Origin: the human T2T-CHM13v2.0 reference genome, Homo sapiens
Assembly (NCBI RefSeq): GCF_009914755.1
Contig: NC_060932.1
Reading direction: 5' to 3' (one strand)
DNA length: 64,000 bases
A program made the translations under genes and the position numbers. The notes below the pieces were generated by a model that saw only the letters and a program-made list of their open reading frames with translations, made no database searches and was not told where the DNA came from. This document shows positions 31,821 to 46,552 of the stretch, piece by piece. Every line of letters begins with the position of its first letter. Within the stretch, counting starts at the first letter, position 1.

Positions 31821-33735
31821 TAGAACACTCAAAGCTCAATTGGTTAAACAAAAAAAGGAAAAATACAATAAGGAGTATAGCACTCCCCAGATGCAACTTA
31901 ATCTAACACTCTATACTTTAGATTTTCTAGACATACATAGAAATCAGACCACTACTTCTGCAGAACATTTTACTAGTAAAAATAATAGGCCACGTGAGGG
32001 AAAACTGATTTGGTGGAAAGACAACAAAAACAAAATATGGGAAATAGGTAAGGTGATAATATGGGGGAGAGGTTTTGCTTGTGTTTCACCCGGAGAAAAT
32101 CAGCTTCCTGTTTGGATACCCACTAGACATTTGAAGTTCTACAATGAACCTATCAAGATGCAAATGAAAGTGCCTCTGCAGAGACAGAAAACCCGCAGTC
32201 GAGCATCATCGACTCGCAGGGTGAACAAAATGGTGATATCAGAAGAACAGATGAAGTTACAATCCACCAAGGAAACGGCACATGTGGAGAGCCAGGGAGA
32301 GGAAGAGAAAGAAAAAGAGACAGAGATCAGAGAGAGACACAGAAAGTGAGACTGGGGAGAGAGACAGTGTAAAAGAGAGAGAGAGAGAGACCGTAAAAGA
32401 AGGGAGACAAAGAGATAAAAGGTGCGAGTGAGCAGGTGAGGAGAAAGACTGAAAACTATGAGAAACAGCAACTAAGACACAAAGGAGGTGGGAGACTGCC
32501 TTGGTGCCGCAGCACCCACACCGTCCTCTTGCCCCGTCACTTGGGTTAAAACCACCGGAAATTCCACTATTGCAAATTTTTTATTAATCCTTGTATGTCT
32601 GTCCTTTCTATTTTTAGTCTACAGGTGTATCCAGCAGCTCCAGAGAGACAGCGACCAGCGAGAAGGGGCCATGATGATGGAGGTGGTTTTGTCAAAACGA
32701 AAATGGGGATATGTAGGGAAAAGAAAGAGAGATCAGACTGTTACTGTGTCTACATAGAAAGGGAAGACATAAGAGACTCCATTTTGAAAAAGACCTGTAC
32801 TTTAAACAATTGCTTTGCTGAGATGTTGTTAATCTGTAGCTTTGCCCCAGCCACTTTGCCCCAACCACTTTGACCCAATCTGGAGCTCATAAAAACATGT
32901 GTTGTATGAAATCAAGGTTTAAGGCATGTAGGGCTGTGCAGGACGTGCCTTGTTAACCAAATATTTGCAAGCAGTATACTTGGTAAAAGTCATCACCATT
33001 CTCTCGTCTCAATAAACCAGGGGCACAATGCACTGTGGAAAGCCGCAGGGACCTCTGCCCTTGAAAGCTGGGTATTGTCCAAAGTTTCTCCCCATGTGAT
33101 AGTCTGAAATATGGCCTCGTGGGATGAGAAAGACCTGACGGTCCCCCAGCGCGACACCCATAAAAGATCTGTGCTGAGGTGGATTAGTCAAAGAGGAAAG
33201 ACTTGCAGTTGAGATAGAGGAAGGCCACTGTCTCCTGACTGCCCCTGGGAACTGAATGTCTCGGTATAAAACACGATTGTACATTTGTTCAGTTCTGAGA
33301 TGGGAGAAAAACCGCCCTATGGTGGGAGGCGAGACATGTTTACAGCAATGCTGCCTTGTTATCCTTTACTCCACTGAGATGTCTGGGTGGAGAGAAACAT
33401 AAATCTGGCTTACATGCACGTCCAGTCATAGTACCTTCCCTTGAACTTCATTATGACATAGATTCTATTGCTCACGTTTGTTGCTGACCTTCTCCTTATT
33501 ATCACCCTGCCCTCCTACTACATTCCTTTTTGCTGAAATAATGAAGATAATAATCAATAAAAACTGAGGGAATTCAGAGACCTGTGCCAGTGCAGGTCCT
33601 TAGCATGCTAAGCGCAGGTCCCCTGGGCCCGCTGTTGTTTCTCTATACTTTGTCTCTGTGTCTGATTTCTTTTCTGTCTCTCATCCCACCCGACAAGAAA
33701 TACCCACAGGTGTGGAGGGGCAGGCCACCCCTTCA
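31821..33735 (+). mobile_element. HERV-K(HML-2) 3' proviral remnant (integrase C-terminus, env ends, 3' LTR)
   Basis: Integrase: [68 protein letters not shown]. Env leader: [14 protein letters not shown] tail: PVTWVKT...[17 protein letters not shown]. Confidence 0.92.
32712..33735 (+). mobile_element. LTR5 (LTR5A-type) 3' LTR
   Basis: TGTAGGGAAAAGAAAGAGAGATCAGACTG...GGGGCAGGCCACCCCTTCA, ~1.02 kb. TATAAAA at ~33266, AATAAA at ~33556. Confidence 0.9.
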
Positions 33736-35665
33736 GTATGAGATTACAGGCATGAATAACCCCACCTGGCCACCTAACTCACTCTTGAGAGGCCAGAAGT
33801 GATGCTGGAACTTTCTTCCTCTGTGGGTGAAAAAGGGAAAATTAGGGAGAACAGAAGGCATGAGAGATGCAGCGATGGATATGTCTATATGGAGCTTCTG
33901 TCTGCATCCAGTAGAAAATGCATCTGTAGGCACCAGGTTTAAGAGCAAAATCCTGGAGTCTTGTCTGTTAGCATTCTCCTTCCCCACAAACCAGAGAAGT
34001 AATATATTTGCTCCAGCACACCCGGATGTAGGAAATGTCACATTCCTATTTCTGTAACTTCACTTAAATCTGCTCTGAGTCTCTGGATGCCTGGCAGGTG
34101 GAGAATTCAATCTTGTCGTTACCAGTATTCCTTTCCCTTCTCCATGGGCTTATGTAAGAATTCTGGGCTTACACACTGTTGGAAAGCCAGGTAGGAACTA
34201 CATCCCCAGAACTCTCCATTCTTCCAGCTGCTCATGATCCATCAACCTTCTTTGGGCCACCTGCTATAGCAAGACCCTCCTCACAGCATCATTCCACTGA
34301 CCCACAGGCTCAGCCCCAGGGACCCTCACTAGAACAGGTCTCCACTATGCATAGGAACTCACAAAAACCTTCTCTTCATCTTGGCTTCTGCTGATATCCA
34401 GCCACTCCCCCACTTCTCATCTTAAACACAGATGGCAGCTCCTTCCCATCATTCCAAAACTGGGGGATTGTCCAGCCAAATTCTCTGCAGACACCAAAGC
34501 TTCACCCGTCCTCTTCAGGGAGGTGATGCAAGGGCATCTGATTTCTTTGGAAGCCCAATTCTGGCCTCTCTTTGGGGTGGGCTGAGAGTGGGAACCAGAC
34601 TCTCTTTTCCAAATGTCATGTTTATCTTGTTCATCATTATATTATCTCCAATGCCTGGCACATAGTAGGCACTACAGACTGACACATAGTAGGTGCTATT
34701 AGTGTCTGTATAATGGGACTCTTGAGGTTGAAGCTATTAGCAGAAACCTGCCAAGCAAAAGGATGGAAAACCAACCACCAAAAAAAAAAAAAAAAAAAAA
34801 AGAAAAGAAAAAGAAAACAATCGTGGCTTTGAGCTCTAAACACACAAGGCACCAGCCCAAGTTTGGGCAATTTTACTACAACAGCCATTTTGCCTCCAAA
34901 CAAACTGGCACTGGAAACCTCCCTCTGCCTCTTAAAGAGAACCAGTTTCCCTTTCTCTAAGTGGACAGCATTTCTCCCCGGTGGCAGTACCCAGCCCACT
35001 GCCACCAGCAAACGACTGCAGCCAGGAGCCAAGAGCTTGATAGTTTAAAGAATAGATCTTATAGGGAAAAACAAAGTAACATCCACATAAATCTGGAACT
35101 ACCACCACTTTCCAGAGGCCGAATCCCATTTGTAAATTCTCTTGCGTGTCAAACACCTTGCAGTCAGCTCAACTACACACTTTTGGGATTCATTGCAGAG
35201 AAGAGTGAAGGTTATCTGCAAAATAAAGGAACCAGGGCTCAGAATTCCCAGAGCAATCCATGACAGAGGAGGTGAGTTGAAAAGGGAAGGGTGAAGTCAA
35301 AGGAGAGAAGTCAATGAGTTGGCCAACACCAAGGAAGGATCATGGGACCCTCTCCACGGCCCCACATCTCAAATGAAGTCAACAAAACCCATCAATGCTT
35401 GGTGTAAGTGTTGTATGCTCCTGGAAATGAAAGCAGGGGCCACATTTCAGGTCAGTAGGGTCAGGGGTAGAGGCAGCTGTCATGGACTTGTGGGCCCTGG
35501 AGGATGGGATGATTCTGAGACATTGAATCCCTACACTGATCTCAGTAGAAATCTCAGGTAGGGCTTCAACATTCGTCGACAAAGGACTCTGTGGGCATCA
35601 GAGCAACAGCCTTGGTGCATGTCCAAGCTCCATCAATCCCAACTGGGGCTTTGAACAAGTTACTT

Positions 35666-36345
35666 ATTTTTTTTAACTAACGTTATTTTAATTGACAAAT
35701 CATAATTGTACCCATGTATGTGATGTTTTGATATATGTATACAATGTGGGATGATTAGATCAAACTAATGAACACGTCCATCCCCTAATTTACTGACAAT
35801 TTTCATGATGCGACATTTGAAATGTACCCACTTAGTTATTTTGAAAGATACATTATTATTGACTATAGTCACGCTGCTGTGCTATAGATTTCAAAACATA
35901 TAATCCAGCAACCCAACTTCTGGATATAGACCAAAAAAAAATCAAAATCAATATGTCGAAGGGATCCCTAAATTCCTATGTTCACTGCAGCTCTATTCAC
36001 AATACCCAAGATATAGAATCAACCTAAGTGTCCATGAGTGGATGAAAGGATAAAGCAAATGTACTATATACACACAAAGGAATACTATTAACCCTTAAAA
36101 AAGAAAGAAATCCTGTCATTTTCAACAACATAGATGAACTTGAAAGACATTGTGTTAAGTGAAATAAGCCAGGCACAGAAAGACAGATACTGCATGATTT
36201 TATTGTATGTGGAATCTAAAGAAGTTGAACTCACAGAAATAGAGAGTAGGACAGTGGTTATCAGGGGCTGGGGTGAAGGAAAGGGAGGGGATAGGAGACA
36301 CTGGTCAAAGGGTACAAAGTTTCCAATAGGAAGAATAGTTTTAAA
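35666..36345 (-). mobile_element. 5'-inverted L1MA inserted in a MIR
   Basis: Antisense 3' UTR ~35666-35900, then a sense upstream piece ~35903-36340. MIR flanks (ttgaacaagttactt / ctcagttcctcatctgta). Confidence 0.75.
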
Positions 36346-36641
36346 CAAGCTAAACTCCTCTGAAAGCTCAGTTCCTCATCTGTAGAGCACGGATACATCA
36401 TTAACCTTCTAAGGATGTTGCTGTGAGAGTAAGAGATGATGTTCAGCACAATACCTAACGCACAGTCAGGTCTCCTTAAGCTTGAACCTGCATCGCCATG
36501 ACCTCTACATCTCAGGACAGAAAGGCTCACAGCCAGTGTCTCAGTTCCCAATGAAAAGTGGATCCCAGACCAGGCTGGACAGCAGGATCCCTAGGGGATA
36601 CCCCACCCTACTGAGTCAGAATCACCAGAGGTAGAACCTGG

Positions 36642-38161
<1,520 letters not shown>

Positions 38162-38218
38162 TGGAATCTATTTTTAAAGCCAATCAAGCGTTGAATAAAA
38201 TTGCAACTTGGGCTGTTT

Positions 38219-39295
38219 TTTCTTTGCATTTTTTACATTTCAATGGTTTTCAATATATTCAGAGATATACACAAACATTACCAGTCAATTTTAAAACATT
38301 TCATGACCTCAAAAAGAAACCTCATACCCTTTAGCTAACACCCCCATCCTCCCATGCCCCTACCACCCCTAAGCAACCACTAATCGACTTCCTATTTCTG
38401 TAGATTTCCATCTGAATGAAATCATGTAGAATGTGATCTTTCATCTGTTTTGAAGGTTCATCCACGCTGTAGCGTATGTACTATCCTCCTTTTTGTGATC
38501 AAATAATATTCCACCATGTGGGTAGACAACAATAGGTGTATCTCTTCATCTGGTGATGGGCATTTGGATTAATTCTCTCTTTGGGTTATTAGGAGTGATG
38601 CTACTGTAATTATTCATGTACAAAATTTTGTGTGGACCTGTGCTTTCATTTTTGAATATGAAAATACTGCGCATCTCCAAGGAAGACATACAAGTGGTCA
38701 ATAAGCACATGAAAAGATGCTCAATGAAATTCATCATCAGGGAAACAGAAATCAAAACCACAATTAGATACCACTTCATACCCATAAGCATGGCTAGAAT
38801 CGAAGATAGAGAAAATTGGCCTGGTGCGGTGGCTCATGCCTGTAATCCCAGCACTTTGGGAGACCGAGGCAGGTGGATCACCTGAGGCCAAGAGTGTGAG
38901 ACCAGCCTGGCCAACATGGTGAAACCCTGTCTGTACTAAAAAAATACAAAAATTAGCCAGGCATGGTGGCAGGTTCCTATAATCCCAGCTACTCGGGAGG
39001 CTGAGGCAGGAGAGTAACTTGAATCTGGAGGCAGAGGTTGCAGTGAGCCGAGATTGTGCCACTGCACTCCAGCCTGGGCGACAGAGCAAGACTTTGTCTC
39101 AAAAAAAAAAAAAAAAAAAAAAAAAAAACAGAAAATAACAAGTTTTGGTGAGGATGCAGAGAAACTAGAACCTTCATACACAGCTGGTAGGAATTAAAAT
39201 GGTGTAGCCACTGTGAGAAACAGTTTAACAACTTCCCAAACAATTCTACATAGAGTTACCAAATGACCTAGCAATTGTACTCCTAGATATAGGCC
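38219..39295 (-). mobile_element. 5'-inverted L1MB-like element containing an Alu
   Basis: Antisense 3' part to ~38660, sense part ~38665-39295; TSD CAACTTGGGCT. Confidence 0.75.
38818..39128 (+). mobile_element. Alu (AluSx-like)
   Basis: Full Alu with long A tail; TSD AGAAAAT. Confidence 0.92.
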
Positions 39296-39959
39296 CAACT
39301 TGGGCTCTTTCAATCTATGGAAAATGAACTGTGGGTACTTGACAAGAACAAAGACGGAGAGAGGCAGAAATGCTGCCATGAGAGCACATTGATTGGTCTC
39401 TAGTACACATGGTTTCTACTGCAAATGGTCTCTAAATGACTTCATCAGTTGCTCAGAAAAAAAATCACCCTCTGCTCCAATCGTGGAGGAAGAAGTATGG
39501 ATTGGACCTGGTGAGCCACGGTAAGACTGACTGCTAAACTTTATGAATGATGAGGGGATTTGCACGTATAATCTTAACTGTACATCAAATGTTAATTTTT
39601 TATTTTATCCACTGTCTTTGAAAACCTAACTCTTGACTAAGAACTGACTTTCCTGTACTTGTTGTTGACTCTAAGTAAATTTCCAATTCCACATAGTCCA
39701 AAGATGATGTGCTGAGAAATCTCTCAAAGGAAAAATGCTAAGAATACAGGCAGAGTTATGCGGCAAATTTTGCAGAATTAACACAAATTGCACTTGTGGG
39801 TATGAAGCACAAAACATTTTCATGGGTAAAGAAAAAAGTATTCTTCATTCTAGTAGACGCTGCAGGATGAGGCCGATCAAGGTGTCTGCCCAGCCAGACC
39901 TTGGGCTCTTACCTAGTTTGTGTTAGAGTCAACTCTGAGGGAGTCTGTATTTCAGTCAT

Positions 39960-40245
39960 CTTTTTTTTTGACATGGAATCTTGCTCTGTCTCCCAGGCTG
40001 GAATGCAGCGGTGTGATCTCAGCTCACTGAAACATCTGCCTCCTGGGTTCAAGCGATTCTCCTGTCTCAGCTTCCCAAGTATATGGGACTACATGTGCAT
40101 GCCACCATGCCTGGCTAATTTTTGTATTTTTAGTAAAGACGTTTCATCATGTTGGCCAGGCTGTGCTCAAACTCCTGCCCTCAAGTGATGCGCCTGCTTT
40201 GGCCTCCCAAAGTGCTGGGATTACAGGCATGAGCCACCATGTCCG
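39960..40245 (-). mobile_element. Alu
   Basis: Antisense Alu; TSD TCAGTCATCTTTTT. Confidence 0.9.
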
Positions 40246-40451
40246 ATCTCAGTCATCTTTTTATCCTCCACACCTGGCAAGTTCTAGACACACTGTGGTT
40301 CCATACAAGTTTGTTGAATAAACAGGAGACAGAAAGTGGGAATTCTGGAAGTAGAGAAGATTCCAGAAATTGTGCATATTTCCCAGAGACTGTGGCCCAA
40401 TTCCTCAGTCCTGCCAGAGTTTCTCTATCTCAACTCAAACCTTATGTATGG

Positions 40452-40747
40452 GCCCAGGTGCAGTGGCTCACCCCTGTAATCCCAACACTTTAGGAGGCTG
40501 AGGTGCGCAGATCACTTGAGGCCAGGAGTTTGAGACCAGCCTGGCCAACATGGTGAAACCCCGTCTCTACTAAAAATACAAAAATTACCCAGGCATGGTG
40601 TTCTGCACCTGTAGTCCCAGCTACTCAGGTGGCTGAGGCACAAGCATTGCTTGAACCCAGGAGGCGGAGGTTGCAGTGAGTCACGATTATGCCACTGTAC
40701 TCTAGCCTAGGCAATAAAGCAAGACTGTCACAAAAGAAAAAAAAAAA
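40452..40747 (+). mobile_element. Alu
   Basis: Full sense Alu. Confidence 0.9.
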
Positions 40748-41186
40748 CCCTTAAGTGTGGGCCTTGTTACAGAATTAATGTTTATATGGACAATATGTAC
40801 ATGGGTGTATGTTAAGAGCATGAGCCATCCACAAGATTTTAGCAAAGTCCATTTGGAAAGCTCAATGCTTTGGGCTTCCACTTGCTTTGCTGCCTCTGTC
40901 CTCAGAAGGAGGCTTCATCCTTCCACGTAACCAGCAAATCCTTTATGCAGAGATGTACACAACACACTCCTCTCCTTGGCTATGACACCTTGAAATGGTC
41001 CTCTTGGTGGCCCCTGGTGCTCATTTCAGAGTAGTTCAAATTAAGGTGATCAGCTTTCATGCCAATCACTCTACAAATTACTCCTATTATGACCAATTTT
41101 TCTAAATGCTTTATTGAATTATTACTTAAAGAAATGTGCACATAGAAGAGGTCAACACAGTACTTTTCTTACAAACTGAACATACT

Positions 41187-41503
41187 GGCCAGAAGCAGTG
41201 GCTCATGCCTGCCATCCCAGCACTTTGGGAGGCCGAGGTGAGCAGATTGCTTGAGCCCAGGAGCTTGAGACCAGCCTGGGCAGCATAGTGAGACACTCCT
41301 CTCTACAAAAAATAAATAAATAAAAAATTAGGCAACAGTGGTGGCACCTGCCTGTAGTCCCAGCTACTAGGGAGGGCTGAGGTGGGAGGACTGCTGGAGC
41401 CCAGGAGGCAGAGGCTGCAGTGAGCCATGACGGTGCCACTGTGCTCCAGCCTAGGTGACAGAGCAAGATCCTGCCTCAAAATCAACAACAACAACAAAAA
41501 AAA
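41187..41503 (+). mobile_element. AluJ
   Basis: Full Alu; TSD AAACTGAACAT. Confidence 0.9.
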
Positions 41504-41651
41504 ACTGAACATCTCCATATTACTGACACCCAATTCAAGAAACAAAATATTACAGCCCTTTCCAGGATATTCCTGGGGTCTCTTCCATCTCTACTAACCC
41601 CTGACTACAAACAGCCTCCACCTATTTCACCTGACATTGTACTTTATGAAA

Positions 41652-41870
41652 GCAGCAGTTCTCAGATGGGGCTATTTTTCCCCCTGGGGACATTAGGGAA
41701 TATCTGGAGACACTGAGGGTTGTGTCTACTTGGGGGGAGTTGTGTTACTGCATCCAGTGAGTCCAGGGATCCAGGGATGCCGCTCAACATCCTGAAATGC
41801 ACAGGGAACCCCCACACATAGAACAGAGAAATTGCTGAGCCAAAATGTCAGCAGTGTCACAGCTGACACC
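41652..41870. mobile_element. MER20-like DNA transposon
   Basis: gcagttctca..gggggct...gggacattagggaatatctggagaca...aaaatgtcagcagtg. Confidence 0.7.
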
Positions 41871-43032
41871 CTGATATACACACTATCACACAGTATCTGC
41901 TCTTTCGGGCTCAGGATCTTTTTCATTCTAATCATCTCATAGGAAACAGAAATGTCATTTAGAGGTAGGTAGAGTCCAAAACAAAGAAGAACCTGAGTTT
42001 TTTTTTTTTTTTTAATCAGCCTGGTGCCTTTAGAGCTAGGATTTAGTTTCTATTCTTTCTGTCTCATTTTCAAGTGATTTTTTCTTCAAATGGCATCTAC
42101 TGGGCTCAAGAACTGGAGATCCCCACAAAGCTGAGATTCACATGGGAATTTTGTACACACCCACACAGGTATACACTTCCATTTACATGCAGACATCCAC
42201 CCACAGATACACACATCCGGAGACCAAGACAGAACGCAAACTGCCCCATAAAAGCACGGTTCCCCAAACAGGAGAAACACACCATTCACTCCAGGGAGGT
42301 ATCTATTTGTTTAATTCAGCCTCTGATAGTCAGGCTGTTGCCAAGCCCAGCTCTGAAACTCTTCCCCTCTAGGAAAGAAAGATGGATTTTTTCTTTACTC
42401 AAGAATATAGATCTAAAAAAAAAAAAACACTTCTGCATCTCAAAGCAGGCTCTACCTCCTGAGCTACACGTATTGATCAGCTTTTTATTGTCAATTTTCT
42501 TTTAATTGAATTGGAGAAAAATATAAATTATGTTCTTACTGACAGTTTGGAATCAGTTACACTAAATCCAATTCTCTGGGTTCTCATGATTAAGGTGTTT
42601 AATTTGGGGGACAACAAAGCAAAAGCATTGGTCGTGTTTTAATATAATTAGTACAGGATATATCTAAGGGGTTCAAGTATCACTGTAGCAAGAAGCTCAT
42701 TCTGCAGTAAAAGGGGGATTCTGCCACTAGGATTGAGTGAGGGTGGTTCATGGCTGCACCGTTTCATCAATGTCTCTTCAAGAGTCCATGGAATGTGGAA
42801 TGGGAAAGACTGAAATAGTGCAAGTCTTGGCTAAGCTTCTATTAAGGGGTGTTAGGAGCTGATAAAATAACCTGGTCTTTATAGACATCCCACACTGTAG
42901 TTCTCTAAGCTACAGATTCTCAGATTTTTCTATTTTATGAACGAGTAAAAATATTTTTTTAATTTGAGAACCAACATAAGGTTGCTATCTTTTTTTTCTT
43001 TTGGGTAAGAAGGAACTTTTTTAAACTACCAG

Positions 43033-43034
<2 letters not shown>

Positions 43035-43076
<42 letters not shown>
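43035..43076. repeat. (CA)n microsatellite
   Basis: About 21 perfect CA units. Confidence 0.97.
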
Positions 43077-43081
<5 letters not shown>

Positions 43082-44748
43082 TTCCACCATGATTGGTCAG
43101 AATAGGTGAGGTTTTGCTGCAATAACAAACAACTCCCAAATCTTGGTAACTTCAAACATCAGAAGTTGTTTTTCTCACTCATGCTTCATCTGCAGGGAGG
43201 TGTGGGGTGCTCTGTTTCCCATCAAACTTGCCCTAAGACTAAGGTTAATGGGGGTTGCAATACCTCGAGTATCACCAAGCAGGGAACAGAGGGAGAAGAA
43301 TGTTAGAGAGTCTTGTACTAAGAATTAAATGCTCCAGGCTAGAAGTCTAACATTGCACCTCTGCCCCCAGCCTCTTGGCCAGTACTAGCCACATCCCCTC
43401 CCCCACCACAGGGCAATACATGAAGACAGGAGAATTGGATACATTACAAATTTCTACCCCATGGCATTTCATAAAAGAGAAAAAAATGCCAATACAAAAA
43501 TGTTTTAATAGAATAGAATATATACATTTTTAGAATAAAGAACAATCCTCCAAAAAGGACAGCTGGTGGTCTCTCAACAATGGGCACATTTCTGTGACAT
43601 TTTCTCTGTTTTTCCATTTTATCCTTGACCTATGAACATTTTATACAGATGGTCCAAAGAACACCATTTGGGGACCACTGCTGTAATCAGGTGATGAAAA
43701 CGGCCCCAAGAACAGAGCACAGTCTCTTTAGCAAAGACCCAGCAGGGCCAGGGTGACCATGTTCTCACCATCAATGTGCAGACATCCACCTGCAGCATCC
43801 TCACATCCCAACATCAAACAGTGGCTCTTTATAGCTTGATTCTAATGCCCTTTGATCTTCATAATCATTGTAAAGCTCTCTGGCCCCAAGATCTAACATC
43901 GCCACTCTAGCTACATCCTGCAACTGTTCACCTCTCCTGCCTCCTCATCCCTCTAAACTTCTCTTCACAACCTCATGTTTCCTTCTTGCTTTACCTTCCT
44001 GCTCAGCCTGGACCTTACAGTCACCTTCTTCTTGTAATGTGCTCCTAAACTCTTTCTTCCCTTCCTTCAACCACACCCACCTGGAAAATCTCCATACCCC
44101 ATTGACGACTTGCCTCGCAACTGCCCAAGGGCTGCTGAATGATACTGGAAAGAATCACAACAGGGATCTGGTAGTTCCACTAAATAATCTCACCATCCAA
44201 CTCTAGGGCAGACTTCACTTCTGTTCAGCAATATTTTTAAGCATCACAAATAAATTCCAAACCATATTTGCTATAACAATTGACTGTAAACCTCTTCCAT
44301 ATCTCAAAGCCCCCCAAACCCAGCCCTAGGGGTTTCAGAGCCCAGAGTTGAGTTCTCTCAACTCACTTCCATCTCACCCCTAGATCACTGTATCTTGATC
44401 CTCTTCCTCTGCCTTTCCCATGTTATAAGGAGAAGCATCCTTCTCCTTTCCCAAGCTACCTTCTCCACTTGTGCCTCATTTGAGACCTGCCTTTATCACC
44501 CGTTCCCTTGGAACTCCCATGACTCACCACCCTCACTTGTCATTTCACTCATAAATATTTTGCACCGTGTATGTGCCAGGCGATTAACATATAATCATGC
44601 TTAAGTCTCCACATGCTAACAAGAAAAACCTTGATTATCCCTGCTATGCCCTCAAGTCATTACCCTCCCCGCTCCTTTCCTGTGTTCCCAAACTTTGTTG
44701 ATCTTCATCAATCCCTCTGATGCAGATGGCTCCGAAGTTTGCATCCTA

Positions 44749-44828
44749 TTAGGTTGGTGCAAAAGTAATTGCGGATTTTGCCATTAAAAGTAATGGCAAA
44801 AACAGCAATTATTTTTGTAGCAGCCTAG
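44749..44828. mobile_element. MADE1 (Hsmar1-derived MITE)
   Basis: 80 bp, TTAGGTTGGTGCAAAAGTAATTGCGG... with a degenerate inverted end; TA on both sides. Confidence 0.9.
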
Positions 44829-45399
44829 TATCTTTTCTCCTTCTACCAAACTTTGTCCCTGAGACATCTCATCACCTATAACTACCTCCTCCATGCAGTT
44901 GATTCCCAGATCTGTATTATTCTACTGAAAGTCCATTCCCCAATTTTCTCGGCTAGAATAACAGAAACCCAATTAGAATTCATGCTACCAGTTTCCCACC
45001 ACCACCACCACCGTCGTCCTGCCATTGTTAGCAAAACCATCTCTTGAGTGGAGCTCAAAGATTTGTAATTTCCCACTCCCCAGAAAGATAACTTCAGACT
45101 CAGCTTAGAAGTAAAGATCCTCCAGATATGGCCTCAACTACCCTCCAACCCATGTCCCCAGTGCATCCCGTTGATGCCCCCTTCAGTGGAGTTAAAATGG
45201 AGTGAGTGTTTTTCTTTTCACATACTCCTGGTGTTCTTCCACAAATACAATTTTCACCTCTTGAATATTTTCAAGGATTCTCCATGCTACACACAGAGAA
45301 ATCCAAACTCCCCATCAGGACCCCAGTCTTCCCAAACCCTCTTTGCACTTTTCTGCCTCCATGCTTTTCCTTGGGTCATCCTCTTCTCTAATATAACCT

Positions 45400-45860
45400 T
45401 GTGTATTATTCTAGGTTCTCCAGAGAAAGAGCAGAGAGATAGAGGTAGAGATATACACATAGAGAGAGACAGATTGATTTGTTGTAAGGGATGGCTCACC
45501 TGGTTATGGAAGCTAAGGAGTCCTGGAGTCTGCAGCCAGCAAGCTGGAGACCCAGGACAGCCAATGATATAGTTCCAACTCGAGTCCACATGTAAAGTCA
45601 GGAGAAGATTGATGTCCCAGCTCAAATATAATCAGGTAAAAAGAGCAAATTCTCTGTGATTCTACCTTTTTGTTTTGTTCAGGCCTTCAATGGATTGGAT
45701 GAGGCTCACCCACATTGGGGAGGACAATCTGCTTTATTCAGTCTACCAATTAAATGTTATCCTCATCCAGAATACCTCAGAGACACACCCAGAATAATGT
45801 GTAGCCAAATATCTGGGCACCCCACAACCCAGTCAAATTGATACATAACACTAACCATCA
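45400..45860 (-). mobile_element. MLT2 (HERV-L) LTR
   Basis: tgtattattctaggttctccagag...gcaagctggagacccagg...aaattgatacataacactaaccatca. Confidence 0.75.
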
Positions 45861-46227
45861 TGTCTTGCTTCTACTCTCTCGCCATTTCTGCATGGCCAAA
45901 TCTTTCCCTTATTTCAAGGCTTAGTTCAAATGTTACCTCTTAACTAAGCCTTCCCTGCTAACCCCAAATATTAATAGAATTGGTTTCTCCCTTCTCTGAT
46001 GTCTCAAAATATATTGTGTTTCTCTTTTATTGTATTTATTACAAACTCCCTTACAAATCAAGACAGTGATTCCCAGACAAATTATCACAAGAGTATAAAA
46101 GAAGTCTTCTTTGAGTGTGAAATATCTCATGGAATATAGCACATGGCCTCTTCATGAAGAAACTACTGGGAGAGAAGAAGACAAGCTGGAAGAGGCCAGG
46201 GAAAGGGGGTTAGTACAAAGCACAATG

Positions 46228-46552
<325 letters not shown>

